Source: Pseudomonadota bacterium (GTDB lineage Bacteria > Pseudomonadota > Alphaproteobacteria > Rhizobiales > Rhizobiaceae). Taken from it: a stretch of DNA of 64,000 nt. The position numbers and the translations under genes were made by a program. The stretch covers positions 219,011-283,010 of the forward strand of contig JBCBHU010000003.1 of NCBI GenBank assembly GCA_038525315.1. Direction: 5' to 3'. This document shows, in pieces, positions 8,940 to 20,408 of the stretch (positions within the stretch are counted from its first letter, which is position 1; every line of letters starts with the position of its first letter). Below the pieces are notes generated by a model. It was not told the DNA's origin, did no database searches, and saw nothing but the letters and a program-made list of their open reading frames with translations.

Positions 8940-11900
8940 CTATAATAACTCGGCTTCCACCACGCCTGGGATGGCCCGAATGGCCCCGGCAATGGCGGGC
9001 GAAATCATGAACCGGTCCGGCAGACCAATCTCCACCTCCCGCTGCCCGTTGTCATGCAGCACAATCAGGCTCACCCGGCTTTCCCCCCGTTTATCCAGCC
9101 GCTGGCGGATGCTGTTGAGGGGCTTATCATCGCGAAGATAAACATAAAGCTGCTTCTGCTGGCGACTGGCTTCTTGTTCGAGTGAACGTACAGAATTGAC
9201 GCGAATGGAGATGCCCTCGGGCTTGTTTTCCGCCCCCACATTCAAAATCACGGAGGCACCGGCCTTCAAAAGCTCGCCATTCTGTTCCAGCGTTTCGGAA
9301 AACATCACCGCTTCAAACTGACCGCTGGGGTCGGAAATTTGGGCAATGCCCATGCGGTTGCCCGTGCGCGTTTTGCGGGTCTGCATGGCCGTCACGGTGC
9401 CCGCCAGTTTGCCGTGGCTGGCCCCCTTTTTGACATCGTTTTCAAAATCTTCCCACCGTCGCACGCGCAGTTTTTCCAACACCTCACGATATTCATCCAA
9501 CGGGTGGGCGGAGAGGTAAAAGCCCACGGCCTGAAACTCCCGAAACAATTTCTCCGAAGCCATCCACGGGGGAACGGCTGGCAGGGTGACCTCCTCCTCA
9601 CCGCTATCAGACCCGAACATATCGCTCATGCCGATGGCCGCATTGTCCGCCACCCGGTTGGCATGGCCCAGCAACCGGTCCAGCCCGCCGATCAGCAGTT
9701 CGCGGGGATGGCCGAAACTGTCAAACGCCCCGGCGCAGATCATATTTTCCAGCATCTTGCGGTTCACCTGTTTGGGGTCGATGCGGGAAAAAAAGTTCGT
9801 TATTGACGTGAACGGCCCGCCCTGCCCCCGCACGTCCACCACGTGAGAAACCGCCTGCGCCCCCACGCCCTTGATGGCCGCCAGCGCGTAATAAATCTTT
9901 CCATCGCGAACCGAAAACTCCACCTCCGAGGTGTTCACCGAGGGCTTTACCACTTCAATTTTCGCCCGCTTCGCCTCGCGGTAGAAATCGTTGAGCTTAT
10001 CGGTATTGCCCAAATCCAGCGTCATCAGCGCGGCGAGAAATTCCACCGGATGATTGGCTTTCAACCAAGCCGTTTGATAGCTCAACAGCGCATAGGCGGC
10101 GGCGTGGGATTTGTTGAAGCCGTAGTCGGCAAATTTCGCCAGCACGTCGAAAATGTGGTTCGCCTGCGCCTTTTTTAGGCCCCGCTCCACGGCGCCGGAA
10201 ACAAAACGCTCCCGCTGCACTTCCATCTCGGCACGGATTTTCTTGCCCATGGCCCGGCGCAGCATGTCCGCCTCGCCCAACGAATATCCGGACAGGATTT
10301 GTGCGATCTGCATCACCTGTTCCTGATAGATGATGACGCCCTGCGTCTCCTTCAAAACGCTTTCGATCTTCTCGTGATAATAGTCCGGCTCTTCCTCCCC
10401 GTGCTTGCGGGCGTTATAGACAGGAATATTTTCCATCGGTCCGGGCCGATACAGCGCCACCAGCGCGATGATGTCTTCAAACTGGTCCGGCTTCATGCCG
10501 ATGAGGGCCTTGCGCATCCCCATGGATTCCAGCTGGAAGACGCCCACCGTCTCGCCCCGCTGGAGCATTTCATAGGTGGCTTCATCGTCCAGCGACAGGC
10601 CATCCGGGTCCAGTTTCACGCCCCGCTGGGCCACGTAATCCACGGCCTTGCGGATTACCGTCAGCGTTTTCAGGCCCAGAAAGTCAAACTTCACCAGCCC
10701 GGCCTGCTCCACCCATTTCATGTTGAACTGGGTCACCGGCATGTCGGAGCGCGGGTCGCGGTAAAGCGGCACAAGCTTGTCCAACTCCCGGTCGCCAATG
10801 ACGATACCGGCGGCGTGGGTGGAAGCGTGGCGGTAAAGGCCCTCCAGCTTTAAGGCGGTATCAATCAGATTGGCCACGTCCTGATCATCGGCCCGCGCCT
10901 GCACGAGCCCCGGCTCGCTCACCACCGCCTCTGAAAGCGGCGTGGGGTTGGCGGGGTTGTTGGGCACCATTTTGCAGAGCCGGTCCACCTGCCCATAGGG
11001 CATTTGCAGCACACGACCCACATCGCGCAGCACGGCCCGGGCCTGCAACGTCCCAAACGTGATGATCTGCGCCACTTGAGAGCGCCCGTATTTCTCCTGC
11101 ACGTAGCGGATCACTTCATCGCGCCGGTCCTGGCAAAAATCGATATCGAAGTCGGGCATGGAAACCCGTTCAGGGTTCAGGAACCGCTCGAACAGGAGCG
11201 AAAAACGCATGGGGTCGAGATCGGTAATCGTCAGCGCCCAGGCCACCAGTGACCCGGCCCCGGAGCCACGCCCCGGCCCCACAGGGATATCCTGCGCTTT
11301 CGCCCATTTGATAAAGTCCGCCACGATCAGAAAATAGCCGGGGAACTTCATGCCCTCGATGATGGAAAGCTCAAACTCAAGCCGTTCGTCATACTGTTGG
11401 CGCGTGTAGCCTTCGGCCAGTTCGTTCACGTCCAGCCGCTTTTGCAGGCCCTCCACCGCCTGCCGTCGCAATTCTGCCGCCTCCGCCGCCAGCGGGTCTT
11501 CGCCTTTGCCGCCGGTGAAAAACGGCAAAATGGGGTCCAGCTTGGGCACGCGGAATGCACAACGGCGGGCGATATTGATGGTATTGTCCAACGCCTCCGG
11601 CAGGTCTGCAAACAAGGCCGCCATTTCTGCAGAGGATTTCAGAAAGTGATCCGGCGTTAATTTGCGCCGGTCTTCTTCAACGACCATGCGCCCTTCGGCG
11701 ATGCAGATAAGCGTATCGTGGGCGGTATAATCTTCCCGCTTGAGAAAATAGACCTCGTTGGTGGCCACGAGCGCCACGTCATTGTCATAGGCCAGCCCCA
11801 CCAGATGATCTTCAACAGACCGGCTGTAACCGGCATGGCGCTGCAATTCCATGTAAAGCCGGTCGCCAAATAGCCGTTTCAGCGTGTGGAACCGCTGGTT

Positions 11901-12455
11901 TGCGACGGCCTGCTGATCATCGGCCAAAGCCCTGTTGAGCGGGCCGTTTTGCCCCCCGGTAAGGGCGATGGTACCTTCGGCATGCTCTTCCAACTGGGCC
12001 TTGCTTACATGCGCCCGGCTTGTCGCCGCCCCGTCCCCGTAGGCGAGGCTTACAAGGCGAATGAGATTGGCATAGCCCTCCTCGCTGGCTGCCAGAAACA
12101 CCATGATGGGCAGGGCCCGCATGGCTTCTGTGGAACTGCCCATGCGCGCGGATAGGCCTGTCTCGGCCTTGGGTGGGTCCAGGTCCACCTCCAGCGTGCA
12201 GCCGATAATGGGTTGCAGGCCCAGGCCTGCCGCCTTCTCTGAAAACTCCAAGGCACCGAACAGATTGGATGTATCGGTGACGGCCAGCGCCGGTTGTTCA
12301 TCCTCCACCGCCGCGCCGATCAGCTTGCCTAGCGGAACCGCCCCTTCCAGCAAGGAATAGGCGGAGTGGGTGTGCAGATGAACAAAAGGCCGCGCATCCG
12401 CTGCCTTCGGCAGGGACGTCTGCAAGGCTTTCGTCATTTCATCGCGCTTGGACAT
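8940..12455 (-). CDS. dnaE: DNA polymerase III alpha subunit
   Basis: PHP domain (FVHLHTHSAYSLLEGA), GPGRGSGAGS, SMPDFDIDF, KFDFLGLKTL and YGFNKSHAAAY motifs; OB fold at the C-terminus. Confidence 0.98.
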   Translation of the reverse strand: MSKRDEMTKALQTSLPKAADARPFVHLHTHSAYSLLEGAVPLGKLIGAAVEDEQPALAVTDTSNLFGALEFSEKAAGLGLQPIIGCTLEVDLDPPKAETGLSARMGSSTEAMRALPIMVFLAASEEGYANLIRLVSLAYGDGAATSRAHVSKAQLEEHAEGTIALTGGQNGPLNRALADDQQAVANQRFHTLKRLFGDRLYMELQRHAGYSRSVEDHLVGLAYDNDVALVATNEVYFLKREDYTAHDTLICIAEGRMVVEEDRRKLTPDHFLKSSAEMAALFADLPEALDNTINIARRCAFRVPKLDPILPFFTGGKGEDPLAAEAAELRRQAVEGLQKRLDVNELAEGYTRQQYDERLEFELSIIEGMKFPGYFLIVADFIKWAKAQDIPVGPGRGSGAGSLVAWALTITDLDPMRFSLLFERFLNPERVSMPDFDIDFCQDRRDEVIRYVQEKYGRSQVAQIITFGTLQARAVLRDVGRVLQMPYGQVDRLCKMVPNNPANPTPLSEAVVSEPGLVQARADDQDVANLIDTALKLEGLYRHASTHAAGIVIGDRELDKLVPLYRDPRSDMPVTQFNMKWVEQAGLVKFDFLGLKTLTVIRKAVDYVAQRGVKLDPDGLSLDDEATYEMLQRGETVGVFQLESMGMRKALIGMKPDQFEDIIALVALYRPGPMENIPVYNARKHGEEEPDYYHEKIESVLKETQGVIIYQEQVMQIAQILSGYSLGEADMLRRAMGKKIRAEMEVQRERFVSGAVERGLKKAQANHIFDVLAKFADYGFNKSHAAAYALLSYQTAWLKANHPVEFLAALMTLDLGNTDKLNDFYREAKRAKIEVVKPSVNTSEVEFSVRDGKIYYALAAIKGVGAQAVSHVVDVRGQGGPFTSITNFFSRIDPKQVNRKMLENMICAGAFDSFGHPRELLIGGLDRLLGHANRVADNAAIGMSDMFGSDSGEEEVTLPAVPPWMASEKLFREFQAVGFYLSAHPLDEYREVLEKLRVRRWEDFENDVKKGASHGKLAGTVTAMQTRKTRTGNRMGIAQISDPSGQFEAVMFSETLEQNGELLKAGASVILNVGAENKPEGISIRVNSVRSLEQEASRQQKQLYVYLRDDKPLNSIRQRLDKRGESRVSLIVLHDNGQREVEIGLPDRFMISPAIAGAIRAIPGVVEAELL

Positions 12456-12569
12456 GGTGGGCTTTCGATGCTTTTTCGATCCTCAACTTGAGGGTCCTTT
12501 AGGCTTCAGACAAGAAGCGGTTTGCCCAATCCACATATGCTGAGCAACGGTTTAGAGCCCATATTTCCT

Positions 12570-12652
12570 CTCCTAATGGCCAGGGATGTTCCGGTAATCC
12601 ATTCCGCTGAGCGTTCTTTGGCATGGATTGCAGGGACAGGCCCGGCAATGAG
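12570..12652. repeat. Degenerate REP-like palindromic repeat (same family as 36750-36847)
   Basis: ctcctaatggccagggatgttccggtaatccattcc...ggcatggattgcagggacaggcccggcaatga aligns by eye with the copy at 36750. Confidence 0.6.
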
Positions 12653-12668
12653 GGGGTATGAGAGACTT

Positions 12669-13370
12669 TTACCCTGTCACATCCACAATCTTGCCACCCT
12701 CAATCGTCACGATCCGATCCATTTGCTTGGCCAGTGCATGATTGTGCGTCGCCATGAGCGCCGCCAACCCGGTGGAGCGCACCAGATCGGTGAGTGCGCC
12801 AAACACCATATCAGACGTGGCGGGATCCAAATTGCCCGTCGGTTCGTCTGCCAACAATAACCGTGGTTGGTTGGCCACGGCACGGGCGATGGCAACCCGC
12901 TGCTGCTCGCCGCCGGAGAGTTCGGAGGGGCGGTGGGTGGCCCGGGCGGCGATACCCATATGCGCCAGCAATTCATCCGCCCGCTTTTCCGATAACCCGC
13001 GCTCCGCGCCGGCAATGAGCAAAGGCAGGGTGATGTTTTCACGGGCCGTCAGCTCCGGCAGCAGGTGGTGGAATTGATAGACAAAGCCAATGTCCACCCG
13101 GCGCATACGCGTGCGGGCATCATCATTGAGATTGCCACATTCAACGCCTCCGATTGAAAGCTGCCCGGCTGTGGGTTTCTCCAACAACCCGGCCAGATGA
13201 AGAAGAGTCGATTTCCCCGCACCGGACGGCGCCACCAACGCCACCAATTCCCCCCGCCCGATGCTGAACTGCGCATCCTGCAGGACGGTCAGCGCGTGTT
13301 CGCCCTCACCATAGGTGCGGCGAATGCCGGTCATTGCCAGAACGGCGTCACCCGTAACAACGTCACTCAT
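12669..13370 (-). CDS. lolD: Lipoprotein-releasing ABC transporter ATP-binding protein
   Basis: Walker A (APSGAGKST), [26 protein letters not shown] and [11 protein letters not shown] motifs; overlaps lolE. Confidence 0.92.
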   Translation of the reverse strand: MSDVVTGDAVLAMTGIRRTYGEGEHALTVLQDAQFSIGRGELVALVAPSGAGKSTLLHLAGLLEKPTAGQLSIGGVECGNLNDDARTRMRRVDIGFVYQFHHLLPELTARENITLPLLIAGAERGLSEKRADELLAHMGIAARATHRPSELSGGEQQRVAIARAVANQPRLLLADEPTGNLDPATSDMVFGALTDLVRSTGLAALMATHNHALAKQMDRIVTIEGGKIVDVTG

Positions 13371-14655
13371 AGCGCAACGCGTCCACCGGGTCCAAACGGG
13401 CGGCCCGCCAGGCCGGGAAAATGGTGGCCAAAAGGGAAAGCGCCAGCGAGAGAACCACCACCATCATGGTTTCACGCATTTCCAATTCCGCAGGCACCTC
13501 GGAGAGAAACCGCACCGTTTCGTCCCAGATCGCCGAGCCGGACAACCACGCAAAAAAGTCCTTGATGGCGTTGATATTTTGACAAAACACAATGCCCAGC
13601 AAAAAACCCGCCAGCGTGCCAAACACACCAATACTGGAACCCGTAATCAGGAATATCCGCATGATGGAACCCCGCGTGGCCCCCATCGTGCGCAGGATGG
13701 CGATGTCACCCCCCTTGTCCTTCACCAGCATAAACAGGCCCGAAATGATGTTCAGCGCAGCCACCAGCAATATGAGCGCCAGTATAAGGAACATCACATT
13801 GCGCTCCACCTCCAGCGCTTGAAAAAACGAAACATTTCGCTGTTTCCAATTGGTGATGTAAACGGGCCGGTCCGCCGCCGTTTCCATGGCGGGGATGTAA
13901 CCTTCCACCCCATCGGGATCGTCCACAAACACTTCAATGGCGCTGACCTTCTCCTCCATGTTGAAATAGAGTTGAGATTCCGCAAGCGGCATGAAAACGA
14001 AAATACCGTCATACTCACTCATGCCCATCTTGAAGATGGCCGTCACCGGATAGGCCTTCACCCGGGGTGACACGCCAAAGGCCGTTTGGTTCCCATCGGG
14101 GGTGATGAGCGTAATGTCGTCGCCCAGACCGATATTGAGATTGTTGGCCATGCCCACGCCAATGGCCACGCCCTCCCCTTCATCGAAACCGTCCAGCGTG
14201 CCCTCCACAATCTTGGTGCCCACGGCAGGCAGGCGTTTCACATCCACCTCCTTCATACCCCTCACCCGCGCCCCGCTGCCGCCGCGACCGCCAGAGGCCA
14301 ACACTTCGCCCTCCACCAGCGGCAAGGCCAAAGTGACACCGTCAACGCCCTCAAGCCGCTTGGCCACCGCGTCATAGTCCGTAAATTCCGCATGGGCGGG
14401 CTGAACGATAATATGCCCGTTGATGCCCAAGATCCGATCCAGCAATTCGGTGCGAAAACCGTTCATCACGGCCATCACCACAATAAGCGTCATAACGCCC
14501 AGCGTGATACCGATGAAGGAAATCACGGATATGACAGAAATAAACGTCTCCTTACGGCGGCTGCCCAGATAGCGGCGCGCCAGCGTCCATTCATGGCGGG
14601 CAAAGGCACCCGTCTTGCCGGGCAAGGCGTCCCTGATGGGCGTGGAATCAGCCAC
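13363..14655 (-). CDS. lolE: Lipoprotein-releasing ABC transporter permease LolC/E
   Basis: ARRYL...[27 protein letters not shown] and [17 protein letters not shown] motifs. Confidence 0.92.
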   Translation of the reverse strand: MADSTPIRDALPGKTGAFARHEWTLARRYLGSRRKETFISVISVISFIGITLGVMTLIVVMAVMNGFRTELLDRILGINGHIIVQPAHAEFTDYDAVAKRLEGVDGVTLALPLVEGEVLASGGRGGSGARVRGMKEVDVKRLPAVGTKIVEGTLDGFDEGEGVAIGVGMANNLNIGLGDDITLITPDGNQTAFGVSPRVKAYPVTAIFKMGMSEYDGIFVFMPLAESQLYFNMEEKVSAIEVFVDDPDGVEGYIPAMETAADRPVYITNWKQRNVSFFQALEVERNVMFLILALILLVAALNIISGLFMLVKDKGGDIAILRTMGATRGSIMRIFLITGSSIGVFGTLAGFLLGIVFCQNINAIKDFFAWLSGSAIWDETVRFLSEVPAELEMRETMMVVVLSLALSLLATIFPAWRAARLDPVDALRYE

Positions 14656-16003
14656 CGAAACGGGCCTCGGTCTGCGCCTGCCAATCGGTGAGCAGATTGA
14701 CCGCCGCTTCCAGGGTCAGCGTCTCGCGGTTGCCGGTGGCACGCTCTTTCAGTTCCACCTCGCCATTATCCAGCCCGCGCGGCCCCACAATTAACTGCCA
14801 CGGCAGGCCGATCAAATCCGCCAGGGCAAATTTGCCCCCCGCGCGCCCGTCAGTGTCGTCGTAAAGCACATCCATGCCCGCCGTGGTGAGTTGGCCGTAG
14901 AGGTTGTTGCAAGCCCCATCCGTCCGATCATCGCCGCTGCGCAGATTGATAAGCCCCACGTGAAAAGGGGCCACAGAAGCGGGCCAGATGATGCCGTTGT
15001 CATCATGGCTGGCCTCAATCAAAGCGGCGACAAGACGGCTCGGGCCAATCCCGTAAGAACCCATGTAGACGGGCGTATCCTTGCCGTCCGGCCCGGTCAC
15101 CTTTGCCCCCATGGGTTCGGAATATTTGCGGCCAAAGTGGAAAATGTGACCCACCTCAATGCCCCGCGCATTCATGCGGTCACCCTCGGCCACCTCTTGC
15201 CAGAGCGCTTCATCGTGCATCTCATCGGTGCGGGCGTAAGAGGCCGTCCAATCATCCACGATGCCTTTGATGGACGCATCATCTTTGTAATCGACGCCCG
15301 CATCCGGCACGGCGAGCTTCATGTAATCCCCATGGCAAAACACTTCGCTTTCCCCCGTGTCGGCCAAAATGAGGAACTCGTGGGAAAGATCGCCGCCGAT
15401 TGGCCCCGTATCCGCCCGCATGGGAATGGCCTTCACCCCCAACCGGTCAAACGTGCGCAGATAGGACACAAACATCCGGTAATAGGCGGCGCGGGATGCG
15501 GCCTCATCCAGATCGAAAGAATAGGCATCTTTCATCAAAAATTCGCGCCCGCGCATGACGCCAAACCGGGGCCGTACCTCGTCACGAAACTTCCACTGGA
15601 TGTGGTATAGATTGAGCGGCAAATCCTTGTAGGACTTCACATAGGAGCGGAAAATATCCGTGATCATTTCCTCATTGGTGGGGCCAAAAAGCATGTCCCG
15701 CTCTTGCCGGTCCTGAATGCGCAGCATTTCCTTGCCATAGTCGTCATATCGCCCGCTTTCGCGCCACAGATCAGCGCTCTGGATGGTGGGCATGAGCACT
15801 TCCACCGCCCCGGCGCGGTTCTGCTCCTCGCGGATAATTTGCTCCACCTTGCGCAGCACATTCAGCCCCAGCGGCAGCCATGAATAGATGCCCGCCGATT
15901 GCTGTTTGATCATGCCCGCACGCAGCATAAGCTGGTGCGAGACGATCTCCGCCTCACGAGGGGCCTCTTTCAAAACGGGCAGGAAATAGCGGGAAAGACG
16001 CAT
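14648..16003 (-). CDS. proS: Proline--tRNA ligase (short form lacking the INS editing domain)
   Basis: [16 protein letters not shown]-like [38 protein letters not shown] and GIEVGHIF motifs. Confidence 0.97.
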   Translation of the reverse strand: MRLSRYFLPVLKEAPREAEIVSHQLMLRAGMIKQQSAGIYSWLPLGLNVLRKVEQIIREEQNRAGAVEVLMPTIQSADLWRESGRYDDYGKEMLRIQDRQERDMLFGPTNEEMITDIFRSYVKSYKDLPLNLYHIQWKFRDEVRPRFGVMRGREFLMKDAYSFDLDEAASRAAYYRMFVSYLRTFDRLGVKAIPMRADTGPIGGDLSHEFLILADTGESEVFCHGDYMKLAVPDAGVDYKDDASIKGIVDDWTASYARTDEMHDEALWQEVAEGDRMNARGIEVGHIFHFGRKYSEPMGAKVTGPDGKDTPVYMGSYGIGPSRLVAALIEASHDDNGIIWPASVAPFHVGLINLRSGDDRTDGACNNLYGQLTTAGMDVLYDDTDGRAGGKFALADLIGLPWQLIVGPRGLDNGEVELKERATGNRETLTLEAAVNLLTDWQAQTEARFGG

Positions 16004-16128
16004 AAAAAATTCAAAGCCTTATGTGGCGCAAAACGAGATTCGACGCGCCGGAGGAATTTAGCCACTCAAACCCCATTAAATACCGTTTCACAAGGGGCCA
16101 AAGGGCATCAAACTATACACAGAACTGC

Positions 16129-17898
16129 TCACTCCTTGGGAATATCGAGACTGATCGTATCCTGCACTTTTTCAATCTGTGCATTGGTGAAGCGCGGCAG
16201 GGGCATGTCCCCCTCTTTCCTGCGCCGCGCCACCTCTTTGCCCGTGGCTTTGGCAGCCTCGGCGGTGGGTTTGGAATCGCGGGAAAGATAGATGGTCTGC
16301 GAGGGGAAGGCGAAGTCCGTGCCGCTTTCCTTCACCAAATCCATGACGCGCAGCAGCAAATCTTCCTGTATTTCGAGGAAATGATCGTAACTCTCCGCCC
16401 GCACATAGCTGAAAACCCAAATGTCGATGGAGTGTGAATTCAAACTCTCCAACCGCACACGGGCCGGTGTGTTGCTCACGTCTTCATGGGCATAGAGCAG
16501 CTTGCGAATTTCCACCAAAAGAAACCGGATCTGGTCCGGCGTGGTCTCGTAGCGAAGGTTAAGCCGCGTATCGAGCCGAAACTCGTCCCGCAACGTGTAA
16601 TTTTCAATCTGGGAGGAGGCAAAAGCACCGTTGGGAATTGTCACCACCGTGCGGTCCAAAGTGCGCAGGCGGGTGGAGCGAATGCCGATGTCCTCCACGG
16701 TGCCCATAACATCGCCGAATTTACAAAAATCCCCCACGCGCACCGGCTTGTCCGCCACAACGGTGATGCTGCCCACAAGGTTCTCAATGGTCTTTTGCGC
16801 CCCCAAAGCCAGCGCAATACCGCCGATACCAAGGGCCGCCAGACCGGTCGTCACATCCACGCCCAACGTGTTGAGAATGGAGATAGCAATCACGCCGATG
16901 ACCAGCGTCTTGCCCATGCGGCGGGCCAGCATCACCACGGCGACAGAATTGAGCCGGTTCGTGCGGCTCATGCCAAAGCGGGCAATATCCGCCAACCCGT
17001 CCACGATGCGCACACCCAGCCAGCCCACGGAGACAAGCGACAAAATGATGGCAATCCAATTGATATAGTCGCGCGCCACCACCTCAATGCCCATGTAAAT
17101 GACGCTGTAACGGTAGATGGAAACCCCGATGACCACGCCCAGCGGCACCACAATGGCGGCCAGCACACCGCGCCCGGGAATGTGCGCGCGGCTTTCCAGC
17201 GGTTTGCGCAAAAGCCCCGTGATAACCCGGCTGATCACGATGCCCACGGCCAGTGAAACAAACAGCGCAAGGACGATGGCAATCCAATGCCCCACCGGCA
17301 CATTCGCAATTTTGTGCTCTTTAAGGGTGTCCGGCAGCAACTGGTTGAGCCGCCCCTCCTGCGTCACCCGCAGCAGGAAACCGTAGCGGTTGTGCCCGTC
17401 GCCATGGAACCGCCAGATGACGGCACCAGAACTATTGGTGCCCTTTCGCATGATGATGGGCACTTGTCGGTTGGACTGGTCCAGCACACCCACCACATCA
17501 TCGCTGGCGGCCAGATCGTCCCCCGATTTGCCTTCCGGGCTGTTGGACAGGCTGGTGGTTTCGAGAAAATAACCATCCCGGTCCAATAATTGTTTGAGCT
17601 GCCTTGCGCGCAATTGTGCCTGACTGCGCCGTTGCCCAAGGTTGGTGGCGCTCATGTCAAAAAATTCTGCCGCACGGACGTAATTGTCCTCAGCAATGGC
17701 CCGCAAATAGCCCTCCACCGAGGAACGCGGGGTGCCCCGACCGTATTCGTCCACCGGCGCCGCCGCTGCCGCAGGCGCAGGCGCGGCTGGCGCCAATTGC
17801 GCATGGGAAGACGCCGGCAAAAGCGTGTGCAAAGCAAACAACGCTGCCACAAGGAGGCCGAGACGGCGCAACAGGGTGAAAGTCATGTATCTGTCCAA
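16129..17898 (-). CDS. Mechanosensitive ion channel, MscS family, with large N-terminal periplasmic domain
   Basis: Signal peptide, TPRSSVEGYL periplasmic motif, LAALGIGGIALALGAQKTIENL, DKPVRVGDF, GTVEDIGIRSTRLRT and GTDFAFPSQT motifs. Confidence 0.9.
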   Translation of the reverse strand: MDRYMTFTLLRRLGLLVAALFALHTLLPASSHAQLAPAAPAPAAAAAPVDEYGRGTPRSSVEGYLRAIAEDNYVRAAEFFDMSATNLGQRRSQAQLRARQLKQLLDRDGYFLETTSLSNSPEGKSGDDLAASDDVVGVLDQSNRQVPIIMRKGTNSSGAVIWRFHGDGHNRYGFLLRVTQEGRLNQLLPDTLKEHKIANVPVGHWIAIVLALFVSLAVGIVISRVITGLLRKPLESRAHIPGRGVLAAIVVPLGVVIGVSIYRYSVIYMGIEVVARDYINWIAIILSLVSVGWLGVRIVDGLADIARFGMSRTNRLNSVAVVMLARRMGKTLVIGVIAISILNTLGVDVTTGLAALGIGGIALALGAQKTIENLVGSITVVADKPVRVGDFCKFGDVMGTVEDIGIRSTRLRTLDRTVVTIPNGAFASSQIENYTLRDEFRLDTRLNLRYETTPDQIRFLLVEIRKLLYAHEDVSNTPARVRLESLNSHSIDIWVFSYVRAESYDHFLEIQEDLLLRVMDLVKESGTDFAFPSQTIYLSRDSKPTAEAAKATGKEVARRRKEGDMPLPRFTNAQIEKVQDTISLDIPKE

Positions 17899-17988
17899 AC
17901 GAAAGTGATCTGATTTGCCCCGCCAAATCTGCGCCCTTTATTGGCAAACAATAAACGCGGTGCAAGCCGTCTCACCGCCAAAGCCGTT

Positions 17989-18840
17989 TTATTGCTTACC
18001 CCCCTTGGAAGCAGCCGAGGCGCGAACCGTCGCCGATTTTGATACCTTAACGGGCGGTTCCTGCGCCGGTTCCCGCTCCCGCCGCGGCCGTGTTTTACGC
18101 CCCTCCAACGTGGCAACAACCCCGCGTAGGGCATGGATTTCCTGAAGCGACAGCCCCGCCTTATGAAAAATATTGCGCAAATTTTCCACCATTGTTGCCC
18201 GCTTGTGGGGTGGCCGAAAATAGTTTTCCCGGTCCAACACGGTCTCCAAATGGTCAAACAGACCATAAAGGTCCTGCTTGGTGGCGGGCTGACTGGGCGG
18301 TGTCGCGATGGGCAGGTCCTGCTCTTCAAAATTGAGCCACTCGTAACTCATCAGCAAAACCGCCTGCGCGATGTTCAACGAGGCAAAGGCAGGGTTCACC
18401 GGAAAGGTGACGATCTCATCGGCCAGCGCCACTTCCGTGCTTTCCAACCCCCAGCGCTCCCGCCCAAACAGAATGCCCGTGCGCTGGCCATCAGCGTGGC
18501 GCGCCCGCAAATTGGCGACCGCCTCCCTTGGCCCCCGCACCGGTTTAAGCATCTCCCGCTGCCGCGCCGTGGTGGCATAAACGAAGACCAAATCGGCCAA
18601 TGCCTCCTCCAGCGTGTCGAACACCCGAACGCCATCAATAATATGGTCCGCCTTGGCCGCATTGGCCCGCGCCACATCATTGGGCCAACCATCGCGGGGG
18701 TCCACCAACCGCAATTCATCCAGCCCGAAATTGGCCATGGCCCGGGCCGTGGCTCCAATATTTTCGCCCATTTGCGGGTTCACCAGCACGATGACCGGCC
18801 CATCCCGCAAAAGCGGCTTTGTTCTATCGGTGCCAGACAT
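17989..18840 (-). CDS. trmJ: SPOUT tRNA/rRNA methyltransferase, TrmJ/TrmH family
   Basis: PQMGENIGATARAMANFG, LFGRERWGL and SLNIAQAV motifs. Confidence 0.88.
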   Translation of the reverse strand: MSGTDRTKPLLRDGPVIVLVNPQMGENIGATARAMANFGLDELRLVDPRDGWPNDVARANAAKADHIIDGVRVFDTLEEALADLVFVYATTARQREMLKPVRGPREAVANLRARHADGQRTGILFGRERWGLESTEVALADEIVTFPVNPAFASLNIAQAVLLMSYEWLNFEEQDLPIATPPSQPATKQDLYGLFDHLETVLDRENYFRPPHKRATMVENLRNIFHKAGLSLQEIHALRGVVATLEGRKTRPRREREPAQEPPVKVSKSATVRASAASKGGKQ

Positions 18841-18902
18841 GATCCACCTTCACCCATTTTTTGGCTGGTTAGCACCCTGTGCGGTCAAAGGAAACGCCAC
18901 CC

Positions 18903-18916
18903 CTAAACCGGTTTAG
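18903..18916. promoter_or_regulatory. Perfect 14-bp palindrome, candidate operator between trmJ and icd
   Basis: ctaaaccggtttag is self-complementary and lies in the divergent promoter region. It has the AAA-CCGG-TTT shape of LacI/GalR-type operators. Confidence 0.35.
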
Positions 18917-19009
18917 ACCTGCGACTAATTTGCCTAACGGGCGATGGATGATATAGGGGCCGCAACACCCCGAACACGGGTGAAGCAGGCAATTTGCGAA
19001 AGAGAGAGC

Positions 19010-20221
19010 ATGGCAAAGATCAAAGTAGAAAACCCGTTGGTGGAGCTGGACGGCGACGAGATGACCCGCATCATCTGGCAGTTCATCAAAGACAAGCTGA
19101 TCCACCCCTATCTGGACATTGATCTGAAATATTACGACCTCGGCATTCAGGCCCGGGACGATACGGACGATCAGATCACCATCGATTCTGCTGAAGCCAT
19201 CAAGAAATACGGCGCAGGCGTCAAATGCGCCACCATCACGCCGGACGAAGCCCGTGTGGAAGAGTTTGGCCTCAAAAAAATGTGGCGCTCCCCCAACGGC
19301 ACCATCCGCAACATTCTGGGCGGCGTGATTTTCCGCGAACCCATCATCATGCAAAACGTGCCCCGTCTTGTGCCCGGTTGGACCAAGCCCATCATCGTGG
19401 GCCGTCACGCCTTTGGTGACCAATACCGTGCCACCGATTTCCGCTTCCCCGGCAAGGGCAAGCTGACCATGAAATTTGTGGGCGAGGACGGCACAACGCA
19501 GGAATATGACATTTTCGATGCCCCCGCCTCCGGCGTTGCCATGGGCATGTATAATCTGGACGAAAGCATCAAGGACTTTGCCCGCGCCTCCATGAACTAC
19601 GCGCTCCAGCGCGGCGTGCCTTGCTACCTGTCCACCAAAAACACCATCATGAAAGCCTATGACGGCCAGTTCAAAGACATCTTTGAAGAAATCTTCAACA
19701 GCGAATTCAAAGACAAATTCGACGAAAAGAAAATCTGGTACGAACACCGGCTGATCGACGACATGGTGGCCGCATCGCTGAAATGGAATGGCGGTTATGT
19801 GTGGGCCTGTAAAAACTACGATGGCGATGTACAGTCCGACATCGTCGCCCAGGGCTTCGGCTCGCTGGGCCTCATGACCTCCGTGTTGATGACGCCGGAC
19901 GGCAAGACGGTGGAATCGGAAGCGGCCCACGGCACCGTGACCCGCCACTACCGCGCCCATCAGCGCGGCGAAGAAACCTCCACCAACTCCATCGCTTCCA
20001 TCTTCGCCTGGACCCGTGGCCTCGCCCACCGGGCCAAGCTGGACGATAATGCGGAATTGGCCAAATTCGCCGACACGCTGGAGCAGGTCTGCATCGACAC
20101 CGTCGAAAGCGGTTTCATGACCAAAGACCTGGCCCTCCTCATCGGCCCCGACCAACCTTGGCTCTCCACCACCGGCTTTTTGGACAAGGTGGACGAAAAC
20201 TTGCAGAAGGCCATGAGCTAG
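19010..20221 (+). CDS. icd: NADP-dependent isocitrate dehydrogenase (subfamily II)
   Basis: [50 protein letters not shown] and [13 protein letters not shown] motifs. Start ATG 19010. Confidence 0.98.
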   Translation: MAKIKVENPLVELDGDEMTRIIWQFIKDKLIHPYLDIDLKYYDLGIQARDDTDDQITIDSAEAIKKYGAGVKCATITPDEARVEEFGLKKMWRSPNGTIRNILGGVIFREPIIMQNVPRLVPGWTKPIIVGRHAFGDQYRATDFRFPGKGKLTMKFVGEDGTTQEYDIFDAPASGVAMGMYNLDESIKDFARASMNYALQRGVPCYLSTKNTIMKAYDGQFKDIFEEIFNSEFKDKFDEKKIWYEHRLIDDMVAASLKWNGGYVWACKNYDGDVQSDIVAQGFGSLGLMTSVLMTPDGKTVESEAAHGTVTRHYRAHQRGEETSTNSIASIFAWTRGLAHRAKLDDNAELAKFADTLEQVCIDTVESGFMTKDLALLIGPDQPWLSTTGFLDKVDENLQKAMS

Positions 20222-20243
20222 CACTCAAATCCCATTCAATAAT

Positions 20244-20349
20244 CGTCATCCCCGGCCAAAGCCTGCACCCGGCTTGATGCCGGGTGTGCCCAGGATCTGC
20301 GGACCATCAATGTCATTGAAATATCCCAGGACTGAGCCGAAGGATGCCG
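20244..20349. repeat. CGTC-tagged REP-like element with nested hairpin
   Basis: cgtcatccccggc at the start, internal gcacccggc-ttgat-gccgggtgtgc hairpin, and a degenerate closing half atcccaggactgagccgaaggatgccg. Confidence 0.5.
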
Positions 20350-20358
20350 AACTGAAAC

Positions 20359-20391
20359 AAAAAAGGGCGGTCTGGAAGGAGCGCCCTTTTT
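20359..20391. terminator. Bidirectional Rho-independent terminator between convergent icd and clpA
   Basis: aaaaaagggcg-loop-cgcccttttt, with an A-tract on the left and a T-tract on the right. Confidence 0.8.
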
Positions 20392-20408
20392 CTTAGATAT
20401 AAACGACG

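Noticed and set aside
8940-12455. Intein in DnaE or GyrA
   Set aside because: Lengths and motif continuity are normal, with no Cys/Ser...His-Asn splice junctions or LAGLIDADG blocks.
14648-16003. ProRS seems short (451 aa)
   Set aside because: ProRS lacking the INS editing domain is typical for many Alphaproteobacteria; all catalytic motifs are intact, so it is not a pseudogene.
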